Below, piece after piece: positions 1 to 11,100 of a stretch of DNA of 64,000 bases (the first letter of the stretch is position 1; each line of letters begins with the position of its first letter). Position numbers and translations under genes: made by a program. Source of the stretch: Sphaerodactylus townsendi. Taxonomy: Eukaryota. The notes under the pieces are model-generated. The model was not told the origin of the DNA. It did no database searches and saw only the letters and a list, made by a program, of their open reading frames with translations. The stretch spans positions 102,734,001 through 102,798,000 of the forward strand of contig NC_059425.1 in the NCBI RefSeq assembly GCF_021028975.2, in the 5' to 3' direction.

Positions 1-715
1 TCCTGCTCTCTTTCCCCCGTTTGGACTGGAGAGCTTATCCCAGTCCAAACAGGCGAGAGAAAAGGGGGCGGCAAGCAATTCCTTGCCTTTCTTTTCTCTG
101 CTCTTCCCGTTTGGACTGGAGAGCTTATCCCAGTCCAAACAGGCGAGAGAAAAGGGCGGCAGTCAGGGTTCTCTGTTCTCCCTGCTCGTTTGGACTGGAG
201 AGCTTATCCCAGTCCAAACAGGCGAGAGAAGTAAGCAAGGCAGCAGGTGGTGGTGGTGGGGCAGCTAGGCACTTCTGTCTTTTTTTTCCGCTCAGTTTGG
301 ACTGGAGACCTTATCCCAGTCCAAACAGGCGTGAGAGAGAAGGGGGCAGCCAGGCTCTCTACCTTCTCCTCATTCCTCTTTCCCTGTTCTGGATTCGCCG
401 GGGAGAGTTTATCCCAGTCCAAACAGGCGAGAGAAAGGGGGGGGGGGGGGCAGCCAGGCTCCCTTCTGCTCTTCTCCCCGTTTTGGACACTGTGAGAGTT
501 TTATCCCAGTCCAAACAGGCGAGAGGTGCAAGCATTAGGTTCTCTGCTCTTCTTTCCTTAGCTCTTTGGACTGGAGAGTTTATCCCAGTCCAAACAGGCA
601 AGGAGAGAGAAAAAAGGGCGGCAGGTGGGGCGCAGCCAGGTGCTCCTTCTGCTCTTCCTCTTCTCTCCCGTTTGGACTGGAGAGCTTATCCCGGTCCAAA
701 CAGGCGAGCGAAAAC
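1..715. repeat. Tandem array of ~80-107 bp units with a conserved palindromic core (8 copies visible; may continue past the window edge)
   Basis: Core GTTTGGACTGG-AGAGCTTATC-CCAGTCCAAAC at ~19, 109, 188, 295, 386 (degenerate), 480 (degenerate), 564, 670, followed by AGGCGAGAGAAA-like sequence and variable GC/CT-rich linkers. Confidence 0.95.
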
Positions 716-1189
716 GGCACCACATTCTAGCTTAATATTTTATTGTTCAGACCTCAGATGTTTCTCATAAGTCTTAAGCAGTTCTGGTGTGCCCTGCTGT
801 CACGTTGGAGGCCAAACCCAAAATGTAGGAAGATGTAAAATTTCTAGAAATTTTGAAGGCATAAATTCAGTGGGAGGGGACTATAGACAATACTTCCCTA
901 TCAAACCTAAACTTTTTACCGATATAACATAAAATCAGGAAAAAGCGAAAGTATTGGTTAGCTGTATTACTCTGCATAGGAATTCATGGCATAAGAAGTC
1001 ACAAAAGTTCATATACTAGAACAGATTTTTGTTAATCTGTATAATGCCTCAAAAGATAACTTGTACTCCCATTAGTAAGCAATGTCGAAAAGTGCCTGGA
1101 ATATCACATAAATAATAGTTGCATATCCTTGAAAGAAGGGACACTAAGCAAGAGACCCTTTAAAAGCCCTTGAAGCATGCACTCTTTAT

Positions 1190-1810
1190 CACCCTTCCGC
1201 ATCCGCCTGGCTAAAAAGCACACTTTGCTGTCACATGATCCTTGGTCGGGCGGCGCCACGGACCTACGCAAGTGACATTGCGCAACTCCGCTCTATCTTC
1301 CGCCCTCTAGCGGCGGAGAGAGTGAATCAAGGCACAACTTCTCTAGACTGCTAGTCCGGAGGGTTCTTAAAGGGCCAGGCCTCTCCCATGCTGTTCCGTT
1401 TCGGGGTAATTTTGCCCGCCAGGCTGGCAGAAGGCGGCACGGCGCTATGTCTGTCAGGCTCGCGCCCGGAGCTGGGTCACTGGGACCCTCAGCACGCCTT
1501 GACCATGAAGCCGGCGCGGCCACTAGCTCCTCTGCCTGCTCAAGAACCGGTGCTGTGGCTCACGGAGGTGGCCCTTCCCGAAGAAGAGGCCGCGTGCACG
1601 TTCTGGTACAAGTTCCTCAGGCGGCACGAGACGGGGGAGACAGTCTGGGAAGGTAACGGCCCAATCAGGACAGGCGCCGCCCGACTCGTCTTTCTGAATG
1701 GCGCGCATCTGAGGCTAGAATCTGAGGCTAGAGCGTGTGAAGCCACCTGCCCCTCCTCTGTCCTGTCCACTAGCCCTGTAGGGGACGTGACAGCTACTGC
1801 CATGCGCAGT
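1190..1810 (+). promoter_or_regulatory. CpG-island promoter of EPM2A
   Basis: CpG-rich stretch spanning the start codon. Motif matches: GTCACATGAT E-box (1230-1239), GC-box-like GGGCGG (~1248), ATTGCGCAAC C/EBP-like (1277-1286), CCGCCCTCTAGCGGC CTCF-like (1300-1314), CCAATCAG (1661-1668), NRF1-like GCCATGCGCA (~1799-1808). Confidence 0.75.
1388..1652 (+). CDS. EPM2A: EPM2A coding exon 1 (CBM20 N-terminal part)
   Basis: ATG at 1388; [10 protein letters not shown]...LGHWDP...FWYKFLRR...VWEG; donor GAAG|GTAACG with GT at 1653; phase 1. Confidence 0.96.
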
Positions 1811-2126
1811 AAGGATAAAGGGGAGGAGCAGTTAGTAAGCTAACACGGTAGTAAAACATATACGTTATATAACCACAAATATGTTGCCTTGCCATACAAT
1901 ATCCAGAACGTCACCTACTGAGCACTCCTTCAGCTTCCAAATCTTGACTAACTAGGCATTCTTTCTGTGCAATAGAAAAGTTTTATTGCGCAGTCTCATG
2001 GCCAGAAATTTCTGTTGTGGGGGAAGGTGGGACAGACAATAGGGGAAGGCAGCCTGCCATACCACAGGTCTGGTTTAGCACAGCTGCAAGCCAGTTTGTA
2101 GTGCAATGACTTTATAGTATTTTACC

Positions 2127-2166
<40 letters not shown>

Positions 2167-5100
2167 CAATTTGTGTGCATTGCCAACCGTTCCTTCAGTC
2201 TCAGGACAGCTTCCAACATAAATTCACAATCCAATTAAAATCCCATATTGCACTTCTACTTAGAAATAAATACTGTGACTGCTTTCCAATTAAGTATATG
2301 GTATAATAGAAATACAGTCTGCTAAAGCTCTCAGTAAATTAAAGGACGGCAGGTGGGGGGGGGGCAGCCAGGCTCCTCTGCCTTTCCTTCCCCGTTTGAA
2401 CTGGAGAGCTTATCCCTGTCCAAACAGGCAAGAGAAAAGGGCGGCAGGTGTGTGTGTGGGGCAGCCAGGGAGCCCTCTGTTCTCTTTTTCTCCCGTTTGG
2501 ACTGGAGACCTTATCCCAGTCCAAACAGGCGAGAGAAAAGGGCGGCAGGTGGGGGGGGGGGGCAGCCAGGCTCCTCTGCCTTTCCTTCCCCCGTTTGGAC
2601 TGGAGAGCTTATCCCAGTCCAAACAGACGAGAGAAAAGGGGGCGGCAGGGGGTGGGGGGCAGCCAGGTCTCCTCCCCCACCCCACACTCTCATTTCACTA
2701 CAGGGACAGACACAGTAATAATCATATAGATTGTTTATTTTTAGGAACATTACTGATATTATGTATTCATTGATTTTAATTGCAGATACTTTTGTTTGGA
2801 ACTCAAGTGAATAAATTCTGGGCAGCACACCTAATTTGGCCCTGGAGCCTTCAAAACCTATGTTGTTTACCGTGAGCCTGTTGTGTTTTTAGTGAGTCAT
2901 AATTGCCATTTCTTCCTATTTGCTAACTTCTAAAAACGTTTATTCTTCCTCATATATCATTCCTCCAGACTTACTCAAAAGGTTTTTAAATCAGAATCTT
3001 CAGTCTTTTTAAGCTTATTATTCCCACAAGATGGCACTATATTACTTGAGTACAAGCAAAAACTCTGTTTTTCTTATATAGAGTAGCACCATGAAAGCTT
3101 AATCAACTTTTACTGCAATCTATTCAGTGTTTTTGTTGTTGATGCTAAAAAGTAAATTTTACCTATTTTAATTTTGTTGTTTTCATTCCTTTTAATAAGT
3201 GAAAAAATATTAGGCCTTTATACACTTTCAGATGCAAGGAAATCTTGATAGGACAGAACAGAAATCAACCAAAAATCTGTCACAGAACCATTTTTTCCCA
3301 TGTGTGTATAATTACACAATACATTTGTGCCGGAAATTAACATTTTGCAGTGATATATAATGATGTAATGCCATATCAATATTGAATGCAACAATTAAAC
3401 AGTCATATGAGAGTCCCTTGACATGAACTGAGCTTGAGATTCAAGATGGTTTAAGAACTGCTTACAATTGGTTTATGCAAGTTCTTCATTTTGACAGCAA
3501 AGGGATCATTACTTGCTGAACAGATCTGGATATTACACATACTGTGAGCATTCTGTCTGTCAATCTCTGAGTAGCTCAGGTGCATGGGTCTGTCATGCTG
3601 CATTTTATCGTAACAACAACATGGTGAGATTCACAGTGTGCCTGGCATAAAAGAAACCTATGTCCAGATGGGGGAGCCAATGGCCTTGCAAGTGCTTGCC
3701 AGTCCGGTGCTGGGTTAGACTACAATGAGGGATAGCTGCCCATGGAAATTTAGTCAAATATTTGGGCTTTGAACCACATGCTGCCAGTGAGTAGGGTTGG
3801 CTGATCTGGGTTGGGAAATACCTGGAGATCTTGGGGGTACACCCTTAGAAAGGCGGGATTTGGGGAAGGGCTTCAATGGAGTAGAATGCCATAGAGTCCA
3901 TCTTCCAAAGCAGCCATTTTTTCCAGGGGAACTGACCTCTGTCTATGATCTCTGGAGATCAATTGTAATCATAGGAGATCTCCAGCCACCATTTGGAGGT
4001 TGGCAACCCTACCTGTGGGTTAGATGTTGTATACACATGGCAATTTGCTTTCTTGGTTTGCATGTTTCTTCATGAAAACATTAGAATTAATAGAAATTGC
4101 TGTATATCAGACTGTTTATGTTTTCCAAATGTGGACAGATTTTTGATAGATTTCCAGATCCAAGCCACCGTTTCTCACATGTCCTTACAGGAAAACTCCA
4201 TATTCAGGGAAGCATCTGAAGTCACTGAGAAACATCTACAGGGTTTTTTTGTCAATTCCCTACCCTCTAGTTCAGGGGTCAGCAACCTTTACCACCCAAA
4301 GAGCCATTTGAACCCATTTTCCATGGCCCTGAAGATCTACTGAGCTGGAGAGGCGGCTCCACTCCAGTTTGGCCCCTCCACTCACCTTTCCTTCCAGCCC
4401 TGGGAGGCAGATGCGCCGGGCAGGGAAACCCCCTCTGCCCTACGGAGCAGGCAGCCGCCTGCTCCGTGGGGCAGAGGGGGGGATGGCGGCCACAGCCTGC
4501 CCAGTGCCACCACCTCTCGCGCTGCGGGAGGCAGTGGCTCCGTGGGGCAGAGGGGGGATGGTGGCTCCAGCCTGCCTGGTGCTGCCACATCTCGCACTGC
4601 AGAAGGCAGAGGAGGCAGGCAGAAAAAACCCCTCTGCCCGATGGAGCAGGCAGCTGTCTGCTCTGTGGGGCAAAGGGGGGATGGTGGCTGCAGGGATGGC
4701 AGGGGGGATGGCGGCTGCTCTGGAGGGACATGCCCACGCTACCCTCTGACCTCCAGGGCTCGTCCCTCCAGAGCAATGCTGGAAGGAGAGGGGAGGGGAG
4801 GGGACACGAAAAGCAGCACCTTCACGCACAGAGCCACCTCCGGTTCGGCCCTCCATTCACCTTTCCTTCCAGCGCTGCTCTGGAGGGCTGGAGGGACATG
4901 CCACACTACCCTCCGACCTCCAGGCCATGTGGAGCTGCAGTATAAGGCTGAAAGAGCTGCATGCGGCTTCGGAGCCACAGGTTGCGGACCCCTGCTCTAG
5001 TTCATAGGAAAAGAATATAGAAGTATGGGACAGAACTGAAAGGGATAGGGTCTGAGGTAAGGAGACAAAGGGAAGAAAAACAGAAGCAAGGGTGTCAGTA

Positions 5101-8100
5101 ATATACCAAGGGAAGAAAAAGTAGTACTGAGAAGAAGCTGCGAGACAAGGAAGCAATCAAAGAAAAGAAGGGAGGCATAGAAGGAAAGGAGGGATGAGGT
5201 GGAGAGTTTGCGAGTCCTTATTATTGTTCTGATGTTAATTGATGTAAAGAATCTTTTTAGCCTGATCTCATTTTGTTTGTTTATACATTTATTTACATTT
5301 ACTGCTTTTGAAATAGTGTTGATTTTAATATTCAGATGCTGTTCTGGATTGGGTTTGGAATATAGTAAATTATAACTGCTTACAGGGAATATGCAGATAA
5401 ATCTGGTGTTGAGTATCACTGCCAGTCTGGTGCTCAGGATTTAGATAGCAATCCATCTTTCCTTATAAAGAAGATTAAGGCTCTGACTGTGAGCATTTCT
5501 GGCAAAATATGTTGCTATAAAACTTCAAAACTGTTGTAATTTCAATTTGCATTTTTGATGGATATAATAGTTCTTCTTTTAATGAATTCTGTAATTTCCA
5601 TTCATGTTTCTTACAAATAGTACATTTATCATTCTGTATATTTTTTTAAAATAATTTTTACTGATTTTCTCAAAATAGTTATACAGAAGAAGATGGTAAA
5701 TAGAAAAACAAGTAAAATAAAACAGAAACAGAAAAATACCTAACCATAAAATTAAACACAACTACCTTCTTTTACCCCATCTAGCATTCTGTTCTTCAAT
5801 TATTTCATTAGCACCTATTGATATGTATCAATTTAACAAATACTTATAACCTGAACTATTAACATATTTATGTTATTGATTCAGCCTAATACTGAAAAAA
5901 ATGCTTCCCACTTCTGATCAAACTCAGATTTTGACTTTCTGTTTACAAAGTTTGTCAGTTTCGCCATTGTAGCATACCCTTACTTTATCCTCCCAAGTTT
6001 CCATATTTGGGCAACTCTCCGTCTTCCAGCTAGGTGCTGTTAACACTCTGGCAGCCATTAGCCTATATACCAATATAATTCATTAAAGTTTTTTTGTAAG
6101 TTCTCAGAGAGAATACCAAGCAAGATTATTTTAGGAGAAAAAGGGAATTTTGTCTTAATTTTTTTTGCATTTTCGCATAAAACTCTACCCAATACTTTTC
6201 AATTATTTTACAAGTCTACCACATGTGAAAGAAAGATCTAACTTCTTCTTGACATTTCCAGCAACTATTTTTGCTCATTTGCTTAATGTCTTTGGGAATC
6301 ATAAACCATCTGTACAACATTTTGTACCAGTTCTCTTTTAACATTTGACATGTCGTAAATTCAATATAATGCCTCCCATTGTTGAAAGGTAATTTCTTCT
6401 TGGAGGTTTTGCATCCATGTATTAATGGCAGTGCTAATAGAAGTGACTTGTGGGCCAGAAATTCTCAGCTAACTCCTCACCCATTTGAGAGTCCTATGTG
6501 CCACCATGCTTCAGCCAAGCGCACACAGATTTAGCTAGGAGAAAAGGCACACCACACTGTTAGCCAGGTGAGTGTGGAGCCTAGAGGCAGCAACACAACT
6601 AGCAGCTGTCTGATCTTCCCTCTCTCCTTTTTGGGGCAACAAAGGCATGCCAAGCTCCCCACCATCTTGAACATTCCCCGAGCCACCATGATTCAGTAGG
6701 GCACACACAAACTTGGGCAGCAAAGTTGGCACAGCCCTGCTATGAAAACAGTGGGTAGAGTTAGTATTAGTGGCAGCAGAGTTGGATACTGGTTAATTTT
6801 CCTTCCTCCCTTCTTCATGTCGATGGGGATGGGAAAAGAAGGCCAGGTAAACATGTTCCCATTGGTGGCACTGTGGCCAGGGGCACCCCTTCTGGTGCTG
6901 CTTGCTGCCCCTGCTGCCCCCCTGCTTGGAGCTATCTACTAGGTGGACTGCCCCTAGTACTAAAGAATCAAAGTAGGTACAGTATTTTAAAGATAAATTT
7001 ATGTTAAGATCTTTGTTTTGTTCCTCCACATTTGGAAAGAAGATGGATGATCTTGGTGATTGGGCCTATTGTGTGGTAGCACTGAGGCGAATTCGCAGGG
7101 GCCAAAAACAGCGTTCCAGGGATGGTAAAAACACTGTCCCTGGAACGCTGTTCACACGGCTGCCACCTTCACAACGAGGCAGTGCCGTGCTTCCCCCCCC
7201 GGGCAGAAATGCTGTTTTTGGGAAACAGTGTTTCCCTGCTGGCATCATGCATTCAGGTTGAAGGCGCCGCTTTTCAGCACCTCCATTTCCCCCCACACTT
7301 ACCTTCTCTCCCTGCAGAGCTCTGCGGGGAGTGGCTCATGCGGAATCTGCCTCTGACTTTGGAATATGCTGTGTGACTTCATTTATCAAGGTCCCGTGTA
7401 ACCCCTATGTTCAGAATGGGTGGAAACTGAAAGCAGCAAGAGGCTGCAACAACGCATGAGGTTGGATGAAGCAAGGCTACCAGGCTGGAACCTTGATTGA
7501 TTTGTTTATAAGCTCTTAACACCTTGTTTAAGGTAACTGCAATGTTGTTGGGAACTAGTGGGAAGGGAGTTGTTTATTTCTGCTATATTGTAAAGGTTAG
7601 AATTTATTGTTTCAGGGTAATTGGTGAGAGTTCTTTTGGGGACGTTCATCATCTCAACTTCAGTTCACCAAGCCTCTGGAGTCTTCATGAGCCACCCACC
7701 AGCAGGAAGAAATGGACTTGGCATTATCAGACTGTAATAAGAAGGACTTGGAATGAAACTTGAACAGAACCTTGAAGTGTTATGTTAAATGTTAATTTTT
7801 GATAAGTGTCATATGTTAAGGAAAAGTAAATCTGCTCCACAGAACCCACAAGCAGAAGTTATACTTACATTATTAAATTTTTATCTGATTGGTCAGCCAC
7901 TTGGTACATCGTTCTTGCCTCTTATTTTGCATAACCCCTTTTAATTTTTGAAAATGGTGTTAGCTTTGAAAGGCAGGATATGAATATTTTAAATAAAATG
8001 TTAAAAAATACATTATGTAAAAAACAAGATAATGACAGTGAAATTAAAATCCCTGTCTACCTGCATCCCAGTCCCACCTTAATCCCAGCCACCAATGGAA

Positions 8101-11100
8101 AATTTGTTTTACAGGTTTCTTGTACCTGCCCATGGTATACTTTCATTCCTGCTATCATTACAGACAGACAAAGAGGCATTCTTGACCATTGTCACCATAG
8201 TTCTATGACGTCCAAATTGGTAATATCTGGTTACCATTTCCTTTCCAAAGCAGAACTGGAAACCAAGTTCTCATTGGTTTCCAGTTCTGGTTTGGAGATA
8301 GAAGGCTAACTATTTTTTGTCAGTGCCGATGTAATAGAAAAGGAAAGTTTGCAATCAAAAGGGAATTGAAAGGAAAACCAAATAGGGTGGGAGTGTATGA
8401 GCTATTACCTATTTTTAATCCACAACCTGGAGGACTGAGTATGTTTTTATAGACTGTGTATACTAGTAGGAAACTTCTGTCAACTTCCCAAGGATCCGTT
8501 TTGTCAACTTCTGTCAACTTCCCAAGGATCCGTTTTGGGACCAGTGCTCTTTAACCTATTCATAAATGACCTGGAAGTAGGGGTGGGTAGCGTGGTGGCC
8601 AAGTTTGCAGATGATACCAAATTATGTAGGGTGGTGAGAACCGCAAAGGATTGCGAAGAGCTCCAAGCGGACCTTGATAAATTAGGTGAGTGGGCTCAGA
8701 AATGGCAAATGCAGTTCAATGTAGCAAAATGTAAAGTGATGCACATAGGGGCAAAAAATCCAAACTTCACATACACGCTACAGGGGTCAGTGCTATCAGT
8801 CACAGACCAGGAAAGGGATTTGGGCGTCTTAGTTGATAGTTCCATGGGAATGTCAACTCAATGCATGGCAGCTGTAAAAAAGGCAAACTCTATGCTGGGG
8901 ATAATTAGGAAAGGAATTGAGAATAAAACTGCAAAGATTGTCATGCCCTTATATAAAGCAGTGGTGCGACCGCACTTGGAGTACTGTGTCCAGTTCTGGT
9001 CGCCGCATCTCAAAAAGGATATTGAGGAGATAGAAAAAAAGTGCAGAGAAGGGCAACAAGGATGATTGAGGGACTGGAGCACCTTCCCTATGAGGAGAGG
9101 CTGCAGCGTTTGGGACTCTTTAGTTTGGAGAGGAGGCGGCTGAGGGGGATATGATTGAAGTCTACAAAATTATGCATGGGGTAGAAAATGTTGACAGAGA
9201 GAAATTTTTCTCTCTTTCTCACAATACTAGAACCAGGGGACATACATTGATTGAAAATGCTGGGGGGAAGAATTAGGACTAATAAAAGGAAACACTTCTT
9301 CACGCAATGTGTGATTGGTGTTTGGAATATGCTGCCACAGGAGGTGGTGATGGCCACTAACCTGGATAGCTTTAAAAGGGGCTTGGACAGATTTATGGAG
9401 GAGAAGTCGATTTATGGCTACCAATCTTGATCCTCCTTGATCTGAGATTGCAAATGCCTTAACAGACCAGGTGATCGGGAGCTACAGCCGCAGAAGGCCA
9501 TTGCGTTCACATCCTACATGTGAGCTCCCAAAGGCACCTGGTGGGCCACTGCGAATAGCAGAGAGCTGGACTAGATGGACTTTGGTCTGATCCAGCTGGC
9601 TTGTTCTTATGTTCTTATGTTCTTATGTCCTTAGTTTTGGAAATGATAATGTCGTTCAAGGTGATTTGTCACAATGTGATCCTAATAAGATTGCCAAGTA
9701 TCCTCTGGCAACCAGTGGGGGGATTTACTGGAAGAAAAACAGAGCCTTAGGCTAGCAACGCTGGCCACATGGTGATGTCACTTCTGGTTGTAACTATTTT
9801 TGATGGCCCTGATCAGAAATACCTTTTGAAGTCAAAAACAAAACCTTTGTGAATTCAGTAACACTGTTGGAACATAGATCTAGAATATTGGTGACAGATT
9901 TCTGTCATCAAGGACAAGAACTCCTAATTTTTATATTATAATAGTATATATATGGGGGGGGGGGAGGAAATTGCTTGTTCACTACCATGTGAACTCCATT
10001 GTACAATGGTTAAAGAAGCCACCACTTTTAGGGGAAATATGCTGTCCCAATCCACATTTACAGCCCAATCCAGAGGAGGGAGATTGAATCTGGAAAAGAA
10101 ATGGTAAAGGGCCATGCCAATGAGTTTGACCCCTCCACCACATAAGGGGCAGCCCCGCCAGCAGAGTAGGCAAACACACCACCAGCTGGCCACCCCTCTG
10201 CCCCATGGTGCTGAAATGCGGAAGTCCAGGGCACCACGGAGCTGCGGTGACATTCTGAGCAGATGCCAGCATGGGGCAAAGGCTTGGAGTGGTGGTCCTG
10301 GGGGTGGAGCCATTATTAATCAGCTTCCTTTGGCATTCCAGTGCAGGAACGCCAGCTCCCTGGCTCTTGGACATCTTGCAGTTTGATGCTTCATGAGCCA
10401 TTGTGGCCAGTGGGGCGATCTGGGCAGTGGGAGGGATTTCAAATTTCCCTTCCTGCTTCGCCATGCAAATACCCTTTTGGAGGAGATGCAGCACTGCCTT
10501 TCCTGTGCTGCCTCCAGCTGATACAGCACAGATCTACAAACCGGATTGCTGGTTTTTTTGTACTTTTGCCTCTTGTCGCTATACTTTTAAAAGGGATTTT
10601 ATGTATTTGTTTATATTTCTGGGCTTTTCATCAACTCCTATTTCAACCTTAAGAGATGTCCCATAATTTTTTTTATAAACATGAGGCTATTTTGAAAATG
10701 GCAGTACTCTTATGCCTGCACTCAGAACACCATTCATTTTGGTGGGGGTGGGAGGGAGAACTGAAGTGGCCTTTATTCAGTGCACACAAACACACGCACA
10801 CCAATAAACTGGTGGTTGGCATGACTGGCGGGGCACATGCAGCTTCAGTCCAGCAAGTGGAACCTTCATGGATCTTTATGGGCCATTGCAGTGTTCCATC
10901 TACTGGAATAGGCCACGCAGCACCAATTTGTGCATACAATTTCAGATCTGTGAAATGAGGAAGTCTGCTATTGCCCTAAAAAACCCTTTTAATTCAATAA
11001 AGAGTGCATGTGATAAGTAATGTCTTCAGCTTTCTGGTTTCTGGATCTTTTAACAACATCGCCATGGTTGCTGTTGCTCTCTGTGGCTGGCTGTTAGAAG

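Noticed and set aside
1-715. True CRISPR array
   Set aside because: Vertebrate locus with no cas genes; linkers are related to each other (shared GGGCGGCAG/GCAGCCAGG and CT-rich tracts) rather than unique spacers.
21-770. 249-aa ORF and overlapping ORFs (also 2339-2828)
   Set aside because: Translations of the tandem repeat (recurring [13 protein letters not shown] / [11 protein letters not shown]); no true ATG start or domain.
1388-1843. 151-aa single-exon gene
   Set aside because: It is EPM2A exon 1 reading into intron 1; laforin homology continues in exon 2.
4279-5000. Cluster of 120-165 aa ORFs on both strands
   Set aside because: GC-rich interior of a TIR/TSD-bounded hAT element; stop-poor by composition.
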